Part shown: piece by piece, positions 25,185 to 38,360 of the stretch
How positions within the stretch are numbered: the first letter of the stretch is position 1
Layout of the letters: every line of letters begins with the position of its first letter
Origin: Octopus bimaculoides
Taxonomy: Eukaryota
DNA length: 64,000 nucleotides
Direction of reading: 5' to 3'
Assembly: GCF_001194135.2 (NCBI RefSeq)
Contig: NC_068981.1
Span: 22,213,792 to 22,277,791 of the forward strand
The notes under the pieces: generated by a model
Databases searched by the model: none
What the model was told of the DNA's origin: nothing
Seen by the model: the letters and a program-made list of their open reading frames with translations, nothing else
Translations under genes and position numbers: made by a program

Positions 25185-25309
25185 AATAAAATCTCTCCAT
25201 ATCAAAGTGGCTGAAAATGATAAAGCCCAACGGTAAAGAGGAGGTAGAGATATTGAAAAACTTTCTGTGGATCCTATATTTTAGTTTTGGGGTTAAAATA
25301 TGCATAAAT

Positions 25310-25687
25310 AGGCGCAGGAATGGCTGTGTAGTAAGAAGCTTGCTCCCCAACCACATGGTTGCAGGTTCAGTCCCACTGCGTGGTAACTTGGGCAAGTGTT
25401 TTCTACTATGGCCTTGGGCCAACCAAAGCCTTGTGAGTAGATTTGGTAGACGGAAACTGAAAGAAGCCCATCATATATATATATGTGTGTGTGTATTTGT
25501 GTGTCTGTGTTTGTCCCCACCACCACCACCATCACTTGACAACTGATGTTGGTGTGTTTACATCCCTGTGACTTAGTGGCTCGGCAAAAGAGACCAATAT
25601 AATAAGTACTAGGGTCAATTTGTTCAACTAAAGGTGATGCTCCAGCATGGTTGCAGTCAAATGACTGGAAGAAGTAAAAGAGTAAAG
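25310..25687 (+). mobile_element. Full-length SINE family A1
   Basis: Complete head, microsatellite and tail. Confidence 0.9.
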
Positions 25688-26039
25688 CAAAAGTATAATC
25701 TTAGAAGCTGAATGTAAGTTTATCAGATATCATCATCATCATCATAATCATCATTTAATGTCCGTTTTCCATGCTAGCATGGGTTGGGTGGTTTGACTGG
25801 GCTCTGGGAAGCCAGGAGGCTGCACCAGGACCCAATCTGATGTAAATATTAAATTTATCATCAATATGAATTAAAATAATACATACGCCCAATTATTGAT
25901 TTTTAAAACTTAAATTGATTTTATATTTTAGTTTCTATCACCTGACTTGAAGTTGCTCACCAATATACTCCAACCCCAAGCATACAGATGTACCGACTTC
26001 CTCTTTTCTCTTCAGTGTCCTCTGCACCCCAAGTCTGGC

Positions 26040-26240
26040 TGGTTTTGAGTCAGCTCCACCCTGTCAATCCTCACTCCTCAATCTCTCTTCTTGCACAACC
26101 CACTCCCAATCTCTGCTCTATTATGGCCCTGCATTTTCTTTCCAGAACATCAGCCCTATGGAATTTCCTTTCTGCACAATGTTTTTCCTGCAGCTGTCAA
26201 CTTGCAATTATTCAAGAACATTAAGCATATCAGCACAAGG
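26040..26240 (+). mobile_element. CR1/Jockey-like LINE 3' remnant
   Basis: HFLSRTSALWNFLSAQCF resembles the SF.PRTS.LWN.LP..VF C-terminal motif. Confidence 0.5.
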
Positions 26241-26470
26241 GGTCTACAATGACCATGGTCTACGATGACCCATTTTACCAGGCCAAGCCAAATATAAACA
26301 ATAAACAGCAATGACACTGTAATTGCAACCTAAACCATATATTTATAGTCACATGACGTTCAATGGGTGGCAGTCATATGTAGTGTATGACTAACCAAAA
26401 ATTGTCATTATCGTGACAAATTACTTCTCACTGAGAAACATTGGTGATGGTAATAAAAAGAACAATAAAA

Positions 26471-27132
26471 TCATCATCATCATCATCATCGTTTAACGTC
26501 CGCTTTCCATGCTAGCATGGGTTGGACGATTTGACTGAGGACTGGTGAAACCGGATGGCAACACCAGGCTCCAATCTAATTTGGCAGAGTTTCTACAGCT
26601 GGATGCCCTTCCTAACGCCAACCACTCAGAGAGTGTAGTGGGTGCTTTTACGTGTCACCTGCACGAAAACGGCCACACTCGAAATGGTGTCTTTTATGTG
26701 CCACNNNNNNNNNNNNNNNNNNNNNNNNNNNNNNNNNNNNNNNNNNNNNNNNNNNNNNNNNNNNNNNNNNNNNNNNNNNNNNNNNNNNNNNNNNNNNNNN
26801 NNNNNNNNNNNNNNNNNNNNNNNNNNNNNNNNNNGCCAGTCAGGCGGTACTGGCAACGGCCACGCTCAAAATGGTGCATCTCATGTGCCACCCGCACAAG
26901 AACCAGTCCAGGGCACTGGCAACGATCTTACTTGGCTTGCCGGGTCTTCTCATGCACAGCACATTTCCAAAGGTCTCGGTCAGTAGTCATCGCCTCGGTG
27001 AGGCCCAATGTACGAAGGTCTTGCCTCACCATCTCAGCCCAGGTCTTCCCTCAACTGTTAGGGTGTGGCACTTTTTCACGCAGCTATCCTCATCCATTCT
27101 CACCACATGTCCATACCAGCGCAATCGTCTAG
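26471..27132 (-). mobile_element. Young 5'-truncated RTE LINE (ORF C-terminus, 3'UTR and (GAT)n tail)
   Basis: The minus strand encodes RRLRWYGHVVRMDEDSCVKKC and KTWAEMVRQDLRTLGLTEAM...QAK*; it contains a gap at 26705-26834. Confidence 0.92.
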
Positions 27133-27159
27133 AAACAACATTTTGAAATTATATTATAA

Positions 27160-27518
27160 TTTCAGACTGTGGCCATGCTGGGACACCACCTTGAAGAATT
27201 TTAGTTGAACAAATTGATCCCAATATTTATTTTTTCTTAAGCACAGTGCTTACCCTACTTATTCTTTTGCTGAATTGCTAAAGTTTATGAGGATGTAAAC
27301 ACACCAACACTGGTAGTCAAGTGGTGATGGGGGACAAACAGACACACAGACATACAACAGGCTTCTTTCAGTTTCCACCCACCAAATCCACTCACAAGGC
27401 TTTGGTCAGCACGAGGCTATAGTAGAAGATACTCGTCCAAGGTACCATGCAGTAGGACTGAACCTAGAACCATGTGGTTGGGAAGCAAACTTCTTACCAC
27501 ACAGCCATGCCTGTGCTT
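27160..27518 (-). mobile_element. SINE family A1
   Basis: Head, body and tail similarity to 25310-25687. Confidence 0.8.
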
Positions 27519-28350
27519 AGTATAAATATATAAATAAATTTTTAAGAGTTATAACAATTGTACTATTTCATTTTCAAGAGTTAAGACGAGGAGTGAAAGA
27601 GTTAATTGGTTTCAAATACCTAAGAATAAATATTCTTCTTGAAAATCCAACATAACTTGCAATGGCACTCTAGAAGTCTAAAAAAATCTAAATATTCTCT
27701 TGTACCTGTAGGTATGGTACATAAAAAGAAAAGGAGTAAGAGAACTAATTGGCTTCAAATACTTAAGGATAAATTTTGTACTTGAAAATCCAACATAACT
27801 CTCAAACGCACTCTAGAATTTTAATAAAATCTAAATGTTCTCTATTTATTAGTTCTATATTTAATATGATACAGCTACACTTTGATCTTAGCCAAAAGGC
27901 TGTTTATTCTTTTACTTGTTTCAATCATTGAACTGTAGCCATGCAGGGGCACTGATATGACAGAGTTAGTTGATCAAAATCACAACATTTTAAAGGCTGG
28001 TATTCTCTTCTATTGGCTTCTGTTTGCTGAAGTGCTAAATTATGGGAATGAAAACCAACCAACTAACCAATACTAAATGACAAGCAATGGGAAATAAACA
28101 CATACATACACATATACAACAACTATGTTTGGTTCAGTTCTCAAGAACATGCAATGACAACCTTACATTTGCTTCTTTCAAAAATGCTGCACCAAATCTT
28201 ATCTGTACAACTATGTTTCTGAAACTTATCTGCAAAATTGCTTCTTTTTTGTATGATCCCATATTAGACAAACATCCAGCAACTTATTCTTTACACTCCA
28301 GTGACACCAAAGAGCCCTGCTAGGGTACAGGTAATGTCTCATAAGTTTTA

Positions 28351-28735
28351 TCATCATCATCATCTAATGTCCACTTTCCATGTTTGTATTGGTCAGACGG
28401 AATTTGTTGAGGCAGATTTTTCTACAGCCAGATGCTCCTCTTATCACAAAACCTCAACTGTTTTTAAGCAAGATCATATTTTTTCCACGGAAGACTGGAA
28501 ATGATCAACCTCACGTGCATGACGATAAAACTCATTTACAATAATCATGTGACATCTAGACAAGGGTGCACACACATATACCCAACAAATTTCTTTCAGT
28601 TTCCAACTAACAAATCCACTCATAAGGTAAGCCCAGGGCTAGAGTAAAAGACACAAAGTGCTATGCAGTGGGACTGAACCAAAGACCACATGATTAGGAA
28701 GCAAGCTTCTCAGCCACATAGCCATGTCTGCACCT
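28351..28735 (-). mobile_element. SINE family A2 (family A head with an RTE-like (GAT)n tail)
   Basis: Family A head and microsatellite joined to a 'gacggaatttgttgaggcagattttctac' body and (CAT)n. Confidence 0.75.
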
Positions 28736-29154
28736 ATCTTAGTTTATAGAGAAAAAACAAAAGCACAATGTGTATTAATTACAAAAAGCATAAAAGCATA
28801 TAGAAGAATAACAGATTCTTATGTACTTTTGACTGATCATCATTGTTCTATGTTGATATTAGCTGGACAAGTCTGCTGTATAACATGTAGCCACTCATTA
28901 ACTGGGCTCAACATCCAGGGATCCAATCTCAATGTTTCTACTAATGAGCACTTTCTAGTGTCAAACATACTTGCAGACATAAGCCAAGAAAAACTGATTT
29001 ATCTTGTTATGTGACATTGCTAGATAATAGAAGACACTCTCATCCAAATCCAACCAATAAACTATACATGAAAGTAGTGATAGTTACAACTGTATAACAA
29101 CTATTTTGCAGGTCAATGAATGTAATCATAACTTTATGGTTAGAAACTACTTAC

Positions 29155-29360
29155 TATGTCGTTAACTACAAGTTCATCAAACTTTTGTTCGTCTTCCAAA
29201 ACAACCATGACAGCTTCAAGGGGAGTCATCATATTCCAAAGGCCATCACTACCCAAAATTAGGCATTTGTCATTCTTGGGAAGAAGGTTGTGGACAGATA
29301 CATCGGGCATTGGAGAGATAATGAAGTCTCCATAAGCATAGTTGAAACTCCACAAATCAC
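29155..29360 (-). CDS. PPM1D: PPM1D internal exon (206 nt, phase 1 to 0)
   Basis: tttttcag|GT GAT TTG TGG ... ATA|gtaagt; encodes DLWS...SPMPDVSVH...LILGSDGLWNM with the catalytic Asp. Confidence 0.96.
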
Positions 29361-30009
29361 CTGAAAAATAGAGATAAAAGAGAAATTTGTTAAAGTTTTC
29401 TTGATTCAGAAAGAATGTTCCATGCATTCAAAATATCAAGTTAATCTTAGGAGAATTTATTAGAACAATGGTGTAAGGCACAAAGTAAAAGTGTCAAACT
29501 TTTAGGTTTGATGTCCTGTTGGCTTCCAAGGTCAAATCAAACCAAAGTGCAACCTAATTCCATTTCCAAGATGCTAAAATAGTTTCTTTGTTGTGTTGTA
29601 TTAGAACTCAAAATGGTGAATAGGGGAGGAGCATATTTATGCTCCACAGGTGATTTACCTTTAGAACCACATCCTGCTGTGAGAGACAATGCAACTTTTC
29701 AAATATAAAGATTTGCCTAACAAATAATTAAAAAATATATACAGACAAAGCTAAAAATAACAAAAATCGGAATTAACTTGAAGCATAAATAGTTAATGCT
29801 GACATTGGAAAAGCAATGTTCACAGCTGAAGATTTTTTTTTTTTGCTGTGTTTCTTAAACATGTAAACTACATGACAAAAAAAGTTAACTTTGAGTGTAA
29901 TGCATATTACTAAAATAAACTGCTCATATCCCAGTATTAAACATCTTAAAAGGTGATTTAAAACCTTGTGGCAGTTTTGTATTTCATTATGCAGGATTGA
30001 TCTGAATCA

Positions 30010-30262
30010 ATAAAACTGAAAGAAGCCTGTTGTATATATGTATGTGTGTGTTTGTTATTTGTGTCTGTGTTTGTCTCCCCCCCATCATCGCTTGACAACT
30101 GATGTTGGTGTGTTTACGTCCCCATCACTTAGCAATTTGGCAAAAGAGACCAATAGAATAAGTACTAGGCTTACAAGGATTAAGTCCTGGGGTCGATTTG
30201 TTCGACTAAAGATGGTGCTCTAGCACAGCCACAGTCAAATGACTGAAACAAGTAAAAGAATC
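30010..30262 (+). mobile_element. SINE family A1, 3' half
   Basis: 'ctgaaagaagcc', microsatellite and A1 tail. Confidence 0.8.
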
Positions 30263-31399
30263 ATAAGAAGACTATGAGAAGGTCATGGATAGAGTGCCTC
30301 TGATAAGTCTGCTAAAGTGCAACTGACCTGGGACTAAACAGCAACAATCTGCTCTGATATTATGTGACTTATCAAGTTTCTCAGAATTTTCTCACACTGC
30401 TTTTATAATAATCATTTCCTGAGAAAACATATTGATGTCACTGTATCTAGAATCAATCTTTACCAGGAAGTTTTACCTTTTACACAACTGAAATTAACCT
30501 ACTTTTGATATTTGTTTTCATACCCATTTCTTCCAACCTAGCAAGGATTAGATGAATATAGTAATAAGGCTAGTTGAATGTGGTACTGTTTTACAGTTTG
30601 ATGTCCTTCCTAAAGCTATTTATTTATTACTGTAGAAACAAAATGGATATTTGGACATTTTAAAACCTCATCTAATATTGTCAGCTTACCCTCAACCAAG
30701 TCTTTAATAGTCATTGTCATTCAATTTAATTTAAAATCTGAAGGCTGTAGATGTGGCTCAAATAGTAGAGCATTTATTTTCTGCTTTCAGGGTCCAAAAC
30801 TCACTAAAATTGACTTTACATAACTCTAGTGTTGATTAGAGTAATATGCTGATACTTCAACAATCAGCCTTGTATTTCAGTAAGAAATTTTTATTATTTC
30901 AAAACTATTTTTTATTAGCAAATTTGCTTTGAAAACCTGTTATATAATTAAAATACTATAGATTGATGAAGTGACTAAAAGCTGGTACATAGATAATCTT
31001 TAATAACTCCAGAAGAAAAGTAATGAGGTGGACCAATGACATTAAGTTAAAATCCAAATCTAATTAATTTGATGACAATACCATATAATAGTCTTAACCA
31101 GATTCAGTTCTCAAATCAGATAGCATTATAGTTGCATTCAGTTTTAGGTGACAATAAGGGTCTTCAGAGTATCCCTGTTATCACTTGATCAACATGAAAT
31201 CTCCACCTATTGTCATAAAAAGGAAACAACACATTGGATAATGCAGTCATAGCTACATTATACCTGGGAAAGAAAAAGCTTGTTAAAAGCTAAAATTCAT
31301 TTGGTTGTAGCTGATCAACCAAATACTTGATCAATATTGACCTGAAGCTAAATAACAAAATTCTATATTTTGAAGTTTACACATGAGCATTATCATTTC

Positions 31400-31780
31400 A
31401 TATCCATTTTACCATTCTTGCATGTCTTGGCTGGGTCTTCTTCAATAGTGTCTTGCAGTCTTCACCACTTCTTCACATATCTTCCTCTTCTGTTAATCCT
31501 TTGGTTTTTGATTTCTAGGCACTTTTTCCATCTTGTATGCATCACATATCTATTCTCTTTCATGCATCTGATTTGGCTTAAACCCAGTTTTCTCTCAATT
31601 AATTTCTCCTCCATCCTATATGGTTGCTAACATTACCCAATCTCGGACATCACACTCACTTCATTTGTCTTGCCTTTCCTCAACCTCTGCACTCAATGCT
31701 TGTGCTTCACTACCATGTAACAAAACATTTACTACACAAACAACATACAATGTCCTTCATCTGGTAAAAGAACATCTTTG
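31400..31780 (-). mobile_element. Old RTE ORF C-terminal remnant
   Basis: The minus strand reads HGSEAQALSAE (compare HGSETW) followed by decayed RTE C-terminal sequence. Confidence 0.55.
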
Positions 31781-31847
31781 TTGGCAACAGAAGTAATAGC
31801 TCAAATAAAACAAATCAAAACAATAAAAGCCCTTGAGATTGACTTAC

Positions 31848-32028
31848 CTAAAGAACGTGCCACAGCCAAAAAAGGTATCTTGTCCGTAACTGTGCTACGT
31901 CTAATAGGTCCTTTGTGAGTAAGCTTAGGCCGGTTCCACACCACCCTCTGTACACCAGCTTTAGTTACAACTTCACCGCCACAATCTTCTATTCGTTTAC
32001 GTTCTTCAGGACATTCGGGTTTGTGATC
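31848..32028 (-). CDS. PPM1D: PPM1D internal exon (181 nt, phase 0 to 1): flap and basic B-loop
   Basis: ttcacag|GAT ... TTA G|gtaagt; [14 protein letters not shown]...[34 protein letters not shown], closely matching the PPM1D-specific B-loop. Confidence 0.97.
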
Positions 32029-32199
32029 CTGTGAAGGATAAAATTAAAACAGAAGATACATTTAAAATATTTTAAGTCTTTGTATTGCAACAATTATAAA
32101 GCTACATAGTGTTCAATTAATTACTAGTAAAAAGATGAGGATGTACATTTTTCTGAGAAAAGGCATAATTGATTTTACTGACTCCACTACTAAAGTAAA

Positions 32200-32520
32200 G
32201 GAAAGAAAGGACCCCCTTCAGTCATGAATGACCATGGGATTGCACCTAGAAAGTTACCCTCTGAGGTACAAGTCTGGACAAGGTTGTTTATGGACAACCA
32301 GCAGTTGCCCATCCATACCAGCCTCTCCTCTCCATGCCACCAATGTTATCCAAGGGAAAGGCAAAGGCCAGTACAGTTTGGCACCAGTGATGTTGCAGAG
32401 CAATGTGAAATAAAGAGTCTTGCTCAAGAACACAACATACAGCCCACTCTGGGAATCAAACTCACTACCTTATGATCGTTTGCCTGACACTCCAATCACT
32501 GAGCCATGCATATTCACAGT
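32200..32520 (-). mobile_element. tRNA-derived SINE family E
   Basis: Minus-strand head 'atggctcagtgattggagtgtc...gagtttgattccc...gttcttgagcaagac'. Confidence 0.7.
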
Positions 32521-32745
32521 ACTGAAGTAGTACTTATTTTATCAATCTGCAAAGATAAAAACTAATTTGATTTATGTTTGATTTAGACTCAGAATGTAAC
32601 AAATATATTTATGTATTTTGTTTTGCAAGATTCTTGATGTGAAACTGTGAGTTGAAACAGATATTGTTATATTTGGGGATGTTATTTGCTATTTGGCACA
32701 TACACACACACACAAAGATTATCCCTAAATATAACAGTAATTAAT

Positions 32746-32905
32746 ATCATCATCATCATTTAACGTCCGCTTTCCATGCTAGCATGGGTTGGACGATTTG
32801 ACTGAGGACTGGTGAAACCGGATGGCTACACCAGGCTCCAATCTGATTTGGCAGAGTTTCTACAGCTGGATGCCCTTCCTAACGCCAACCACTCAGAGAG
32901 TGTAG
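32746..32905 (-). mobile_element. Young RTE 3' tail
   Basis: Nearly identical to the first ~165 bp of the 26471 copy. Confidence 0.92.
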
Positions 32906-33319
32906 ATATAATTATTGATAAAATTGTCCCAAAGATTTAATTTTTGTGTAGTGTAACCAAGGTAGCTATCTTTAGAGCCCATCTCTCTCCTAGTTATTGG
33001 CCTACAAATACAATTGGCAGCAGTGTTGTTTTAACACCCACTTTCTCATGTATTGGGTCAGATGGAGTTCATGGAGTTCTATGGCCAAATGCCCTTCCTG
33101 TCACCATCCCTTATCTGTTTTCAAGCAAGGTTAATATTTCCATGGCCAGACATATTTTTGCAGAATATCAACAATGAATGGCATTCATTTACAAGAATCC
33201 TATGATGGCAGGGTAAGAACACACACACACACACACACAAGCTTCTTCCAGTTTCTATCTATCAATCCACTCACAAGACTTTGGTTGGTCTGGAGCTATA
33301 TTAAAAGACACTAACTTAA

Positions 33320-33922
33320 CCCTTTAGCGTTTAAACTGGCCATATCTGGCCCAAATTTTCTAGCTGTTTTATATTCAAATTAGCCAGTTCTTGCCTCTCA
33401 TACTGACACTACACTGTCATTCTAAAAATAAACAGTCGCATCATCAAAATCTCAAAGCTATAAGATTATGAATGATTAATTCGAAAAAATCATCATCATC
33501 ATCATCATTTAACATCTGTTGTCCATGCTGGCATGGATTGGACAGTGACTAGGCTGGCTCACTGGAAGGCTGCGCCAGGCTCCAGTCTGATTTTACATGG
33601 TTTTCTATGACTGGATGTCCTTCCTAACACCAACCACTCCAAGAAGGTAATGGGTGCTTTTACATGCCATTTGCATAATACCAGTATCTGCCATGACTGA
33701 TTTTGCTTGGCTTGATGGGTCTTCTTCTCAAGCACAACATAATGGCAAAGGTCTTGGTCATTGCCTCTGTGAGGTCCAACGTTCTCAAAAGGAACTCAAC
33801 CACCTTGCCTCTGTGAGGCCCAACACTCGAAAGGAATCCAGCCACTTTGCCTCCATGAGGCCTAATGTTCAATGTGACTAAACAAGCCTTAGATTTGATT
33901 GAGTAATCTGAATACTAAAGGG
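33320..33922. mobile_element. piggyBac-type MITE, interrupted by an RTE tail (~33489-33875)
   Basis: TTAA|CCCTTTAG...CTAAAGGG|TTAA termini; uninterrupted sister copy at 55667-55888. Confidence 0.85.
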
Positions 33923-35454
33923 TTAAAGTACCATGCAGTGGAAATGAACCTGAATCTATGTCATGGGAAACAAACTTCTCAATCACATAGCCATGCCTGC
34001 ACATAAACGACTGGATGAGGCCCTAGGACAATTGGATCCCCAAGGCCACAATGTGCATTTCAAGAAGTGAATGTCCACTGAGTCCTACAATCTGCATCAG
34101 TTCACTTGGACAGCCATGTCAAATGATCCCATGAGTAACTGGTATTAAAATGGCTTGCCTAGGAATTGAACCTATATTGTAAGCTTAGCTTGCAAGGGGC
34201 CTACCAGAAATCTATGATACTTGTAAAGTTACAGATGTTACTAGTTATAATGTTAAAATGGTTGATGAAGTAGAGATCCTGGTTAGTTTCAGTTTATAAT
34301 AATGCTACTAATAATACATTTGGGAATGCTTGAGTGCCACAGTATTCTATTTTCCTCCCTAGAATTTATGAAAACAAAAACACAAGTCAAAAAATAAATA
34401 AATAAGCCGTAAAACCCCCAGCTAATCATAACTAATACACTGTTATAGAAATGTTATTAAGCGTTCACCAGAGAGTGTGGATTTGACTCTAAGCAGACTA
34501 GTGAATTTGACTGTCAGCAGACTAACACACAGAAATAATATTTTTTGTTTATATGCAAGCAGGTCTTGAATAGTTTTGCATCAAAATACTTAAGTTCCTT
34601 TATTATTGTATTTCTTTAAAAGCAATGAAATATTCAATAGGACAATTTAAATGTCAGGGAGTTTGAATGAAATCTTATATCTTATGATGAGACTCAACAA
34701 ACACCCAAAAACTTTTCTGAAAATACACACACACACACTACTACCTGACAGAAATACATATCCAAAGAAAAAAGAAAAAAAAGGACTTTGATGTCTTCAC
34801 AAAGCAGGAAAGCAGCAAATAAATGTTTGGCAAAGTTATTTTTTTCTGTCTTGTCTGTGGTAATGAAGCTTACAGATTGGTGGGAAACCCAGACTAATGC
34901 AACACAGCAGACTTGTGGGGAAGAATTATTCATGTTCTTTAGTGTCAATTATTTAGTATTCTGTGTAAGTGATTCAAGCTGGAAACCCGAGTGCACTGAA
35001 ATATTTTGTGATGGTGCCAATGTGTTCTGAAATGTAGGAGGCCACAGTAGTAGTAGTGGTAGTAGTAGAAGAAGAGCAGGTGAAGAAAACAAATGTATCA
35101 ATGCATCAAGATAGAGCTATTTTGATTCAACCTGCCTGAAACCATCTCTTGGTTCTATGATACACTCCATTTCAAAGTAATCTTAATTAATACTTTCCAT
35201 CAGAATTTCATGCTAATTTATGTTCCAAATACTAGCTTGATACTGACAAAACTATTTCAATGAATTTGTTGTTGTTTTCAAAATTAATTAAAATAAAGAC
35301 TGCATTATAGTCACAAAAGAGTTAAGCACTTTTCAATGACAATAGTTGCAAAATTATATTTTAATTCAAATTGAGGTAAAGCCGTTAAGTTTATTTCAGA
35401 ACTTTTATACTTTTGATGAGAGATCTGACCGGAAATCACGTGTCAGAACAAGGT

Positions 35455-35670
35455 ATCATCATTACCATCATCACCATCATCGTCATTTTAGCATCTGTTT
35501 TCCATGCTGGTATGGGTTGGACAGCTTTGACAGGAACTGGCAAGGCCAGGTGCTGCACCAGGTTCCATAGTCTGTTTTGGATTGGTTTTACTGTTGGATA
35601 CCCTTCCAAACACCATCCACTTTATAGAGTACACTGGGTCTTTTTATGTGGCACCATCACCAGTGCTGGT
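35455..35670 (-). mobile_element. Old RTE 3' tail
   Basis: (CAT/CAC)n followed by 'tttccatgctggtatgggttggac'. Confidence 0.65.
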
Positions 35671-35874
35671 GGGGTGATTATTATCATTTGCAAATTCATA
35701 ACCATTTGTACTATTATATATTCACTAATCTCTGCTTTATTGATAAGAAAAACTAACTAGCATTATCCACTGCCATTGCCAGTCTCATCACTGTTTTACT
35801 GTTCACAATTCCATGCTTGTATGGGTTGGAAGAAGTTATATTTGAAGCAAATTTTCTATGACCAGATGCCCTTC

Positions 35875-36105
35875 TTGTTATTTCTTTACTGTCCACAAGG
35901 GGCTAAACATAGAGGGGACAAACAAGGACAGATAAACGGATTAAGTCGATTATATCGACCCCAGAGCGTAACTGGTACTTATTTAATCGACCCCGAAAGG
36001 CTGAAAGGCAAAGTCGGCCTCGGCGGAATTTGAACTTAGAACGTAGCGGCAGACGAAATACCACTAAGCATTTCGCCCGGCATGCTAACGCTTCTGCCAG
36101 CTCAC
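35875..36105 (-). mobile_element. Well-preserved SINE family C
   Basis: Minus head 'gtgagctggcagaagcgttagc...aagttcaaattccgccgagg'; CpGs retained. Confidence 0.85.
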
Positions 36106-36159
36106 TTTTCTTGTTGCTGACAATCCCACTAGGTCAAGATGAGGAAACAAGCATGCACA

Positions 36160-36500
36160 CATACTCTTTTACTCATTTCAGTCATGTGGCCATGGTCATG
36201 CTATATATATATATATATATCTTTTATTTGTTTCAGTCGATAGATTGCCTTGAAGAATGAATTGACTCCAATGCTTTTGCCAGAGAGTTAGGCTAAGGGT
36301 CATAAACAGACCAACACCAGTTGTCAAGCAGTGGTGGGGGCCAAACAGACACAAAAGCACACATGGATATACATATATAAGACAGGCTTCTTTCAGATTC
36401 CATCAACCAAATCCACTCACAAAGCTTTGGTCATCCTGAGGCTACAGCTGAAGACACTTTCCCAAAGTGCCACACTGTGGGACTGAACATGGAACCAGGT
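36160..36500 (-). mobile_element. SINE family A1
   Basis: Tail, microsatellite and partial head. Confidence 0.75.
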
Positions 36501-36663
36501 GGGCCACACCGATGGTTTTGTAAAATATTACTCTAATTATAACAAAGTTTCAAAAACAATACTTTTAAGTTACTTGAAGGGAATCAAGATATCTGATGAC
36601 ATGAAAATTGTTAAAAATGCTTTATTAGTATATTTATTACATAGGAATGTTATTATCAGTATC

Positions 36664-36922
36664 ACATCATCATCGTTTAACGTCCGCTTTCCATGCTAGC
36701 ATGGGTTGGACGATTTGACTGAGGACTGGTGCAACCGGATGGCTACACCAGGCTCCAATCTAATTTGGCAGTTTCTACAGCTGGATGCCCTTCCTAACGC
36801 CAACCACTCAGAGAGTGTAGTGGGTGCTTTTACGTGTCACCCGCACGAAAACGGCCACGCTCGAAATGGTGTCTTTTATGTGCCACCCGCACAAGAGCCA
36901 GTCCAGGGGCACTGGCAACGAT
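36664..36922 (-). mobile_element. Young RTE 3' tail
   Basis: Nearly identical to the 26471 and 52963 copies. Confidence 0.92.
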
Positions 36923-38193
36923 ACAACTAATAAATGAAAGCAAAAGTTGTGTATTTTTCCAATGCCATAACTGACTGGTAATGTAACAAGAAACTTATAC
37001 ATGAAACACCTGCTCAACTACTTTATAGCATTACCTTATATCGCAGAACAGAATCACTTAAATCCAGTAAGTACAGCACTAAAAAGGTTTTTTAAAAAAA
37101 CTGTCAAAGGGATTAAGTTTACGATTAGTTAATTGCTTTGGTTTTATTTGTTTTTTTTTTTGTTGTTTTTTTAAAGAACCAAAGCTGAAATGTCACATGT
37201 ATATTAAATCTGGAAAGTGAATTAATCAATCAGTTAATTATTCTTTTAGTCAAAAACCAAAGATTAAAATGTCACCTGTATCATATTTGGCAAATGAATT
37301 TTTCGTGCTACTCTTGTCAAACAGCTAGCATGCCATTACCACTACAACTACCATTCTCAATTTAGTATTGATTTTTCACCACCTCTTTATTGAACTAACC
37401 TGTAAACTAGAATACATATTTGTAGCAGATTTCTCACAATGATTAGGTTCCATCTCCGGAGATGAGATTTCAAAGGGATAATAAATATGTAATTTACTTT
37501 TTTTGCTAAGTGCTTTATGTTCATTTTTAAAGCCAACACAGGATAGTTTTACATAGTAGAACATTTACATCTCAACTATTAAAATAACTTCTAATATAGG
37601 TTGAGTTTCTTGTAGTGCTAACTATAACCAAAATATGCATATTGTGACCATACATGGAAAATATAAAAGCGCTAGAGATAACAACACAATCATTAATATT
37701 GAGAAGGAAGGGTATTGAAGAGAAATAACCAAATTCTGAGTTGATAGACTCCAACTAGAACATGCAACAATATAGCAACTTTACTGACAAGAATCTTCCA
37801 ATTCAGGTATTTAGTGAAGTGGCGCCTACAGAGCCAACTTTGTTTGGAAGTTTCTAATGTAAAACATTATTGAAGATTTGAGTTATGCCAAAGGCAATGG
37901 CTTAGCATTCACTGATGTTCAACAAACCATTAATAAATGTGATGAGTGATACTTCTATTGGACCTACTATAGTGGTGGTCAATGAACAGGGAAATATAAT
38001 CAACACTGTTCATGATAACTTAATTTGAATGAACTTACATTTTAAGAGATGGGAACAATAATTTAGTGATCTGTTTGTATAGCCATAGATGTGACAGCAG
38101 TATTGAATGTTGCTATAAACTTTTAGCAATAAACTAAGATATAGCCCACATTTCCTGGAATTCAGTGGTTAAGAATGTTCAAAGAATACTTAC

Positions 38194-38360
38194 TTTAGTT
38201 AACATTAAAGCATGAATATCAGAATGCTCCCCTTGGAAACCAAGAGCTACTCCAGAATCTCCAACATGTCCGATGTATAACTTGCTGCGCTTTATAATTG
38301 CAATACTGGCCGTTGTTCCTGATGTGCTGGGGAACCCACTGAGAGTTCTGGGCCAGTTAT
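38194..38360 (-). CDS. PPM1D: PPM1D internal exon (167 nt, phase 1 to 0)
   Basis: tgtttcag|AT AAC TGG ... AAA|gtaagt; NWPRTLSGFPSTSGTTASIAIIKRSKLYIGHVGDSGVALG matches human EWPKTMTGLPSTSGTTAS...AHVGDSG. Confidence 0.97.

Noticed and set aside
25310-25400. tRNA-like A/B boxes (also 36040-36105, 58562-58640)
   Set aside because: These are SINE heads; I could not build a cloverleaf, and they continue into SINE bodies.
34881-34990. Two NF-kB-like GGAAACCC motifs in a PPM1D intron
   Set aside because: Short motifs expected by chance; no conservation data.
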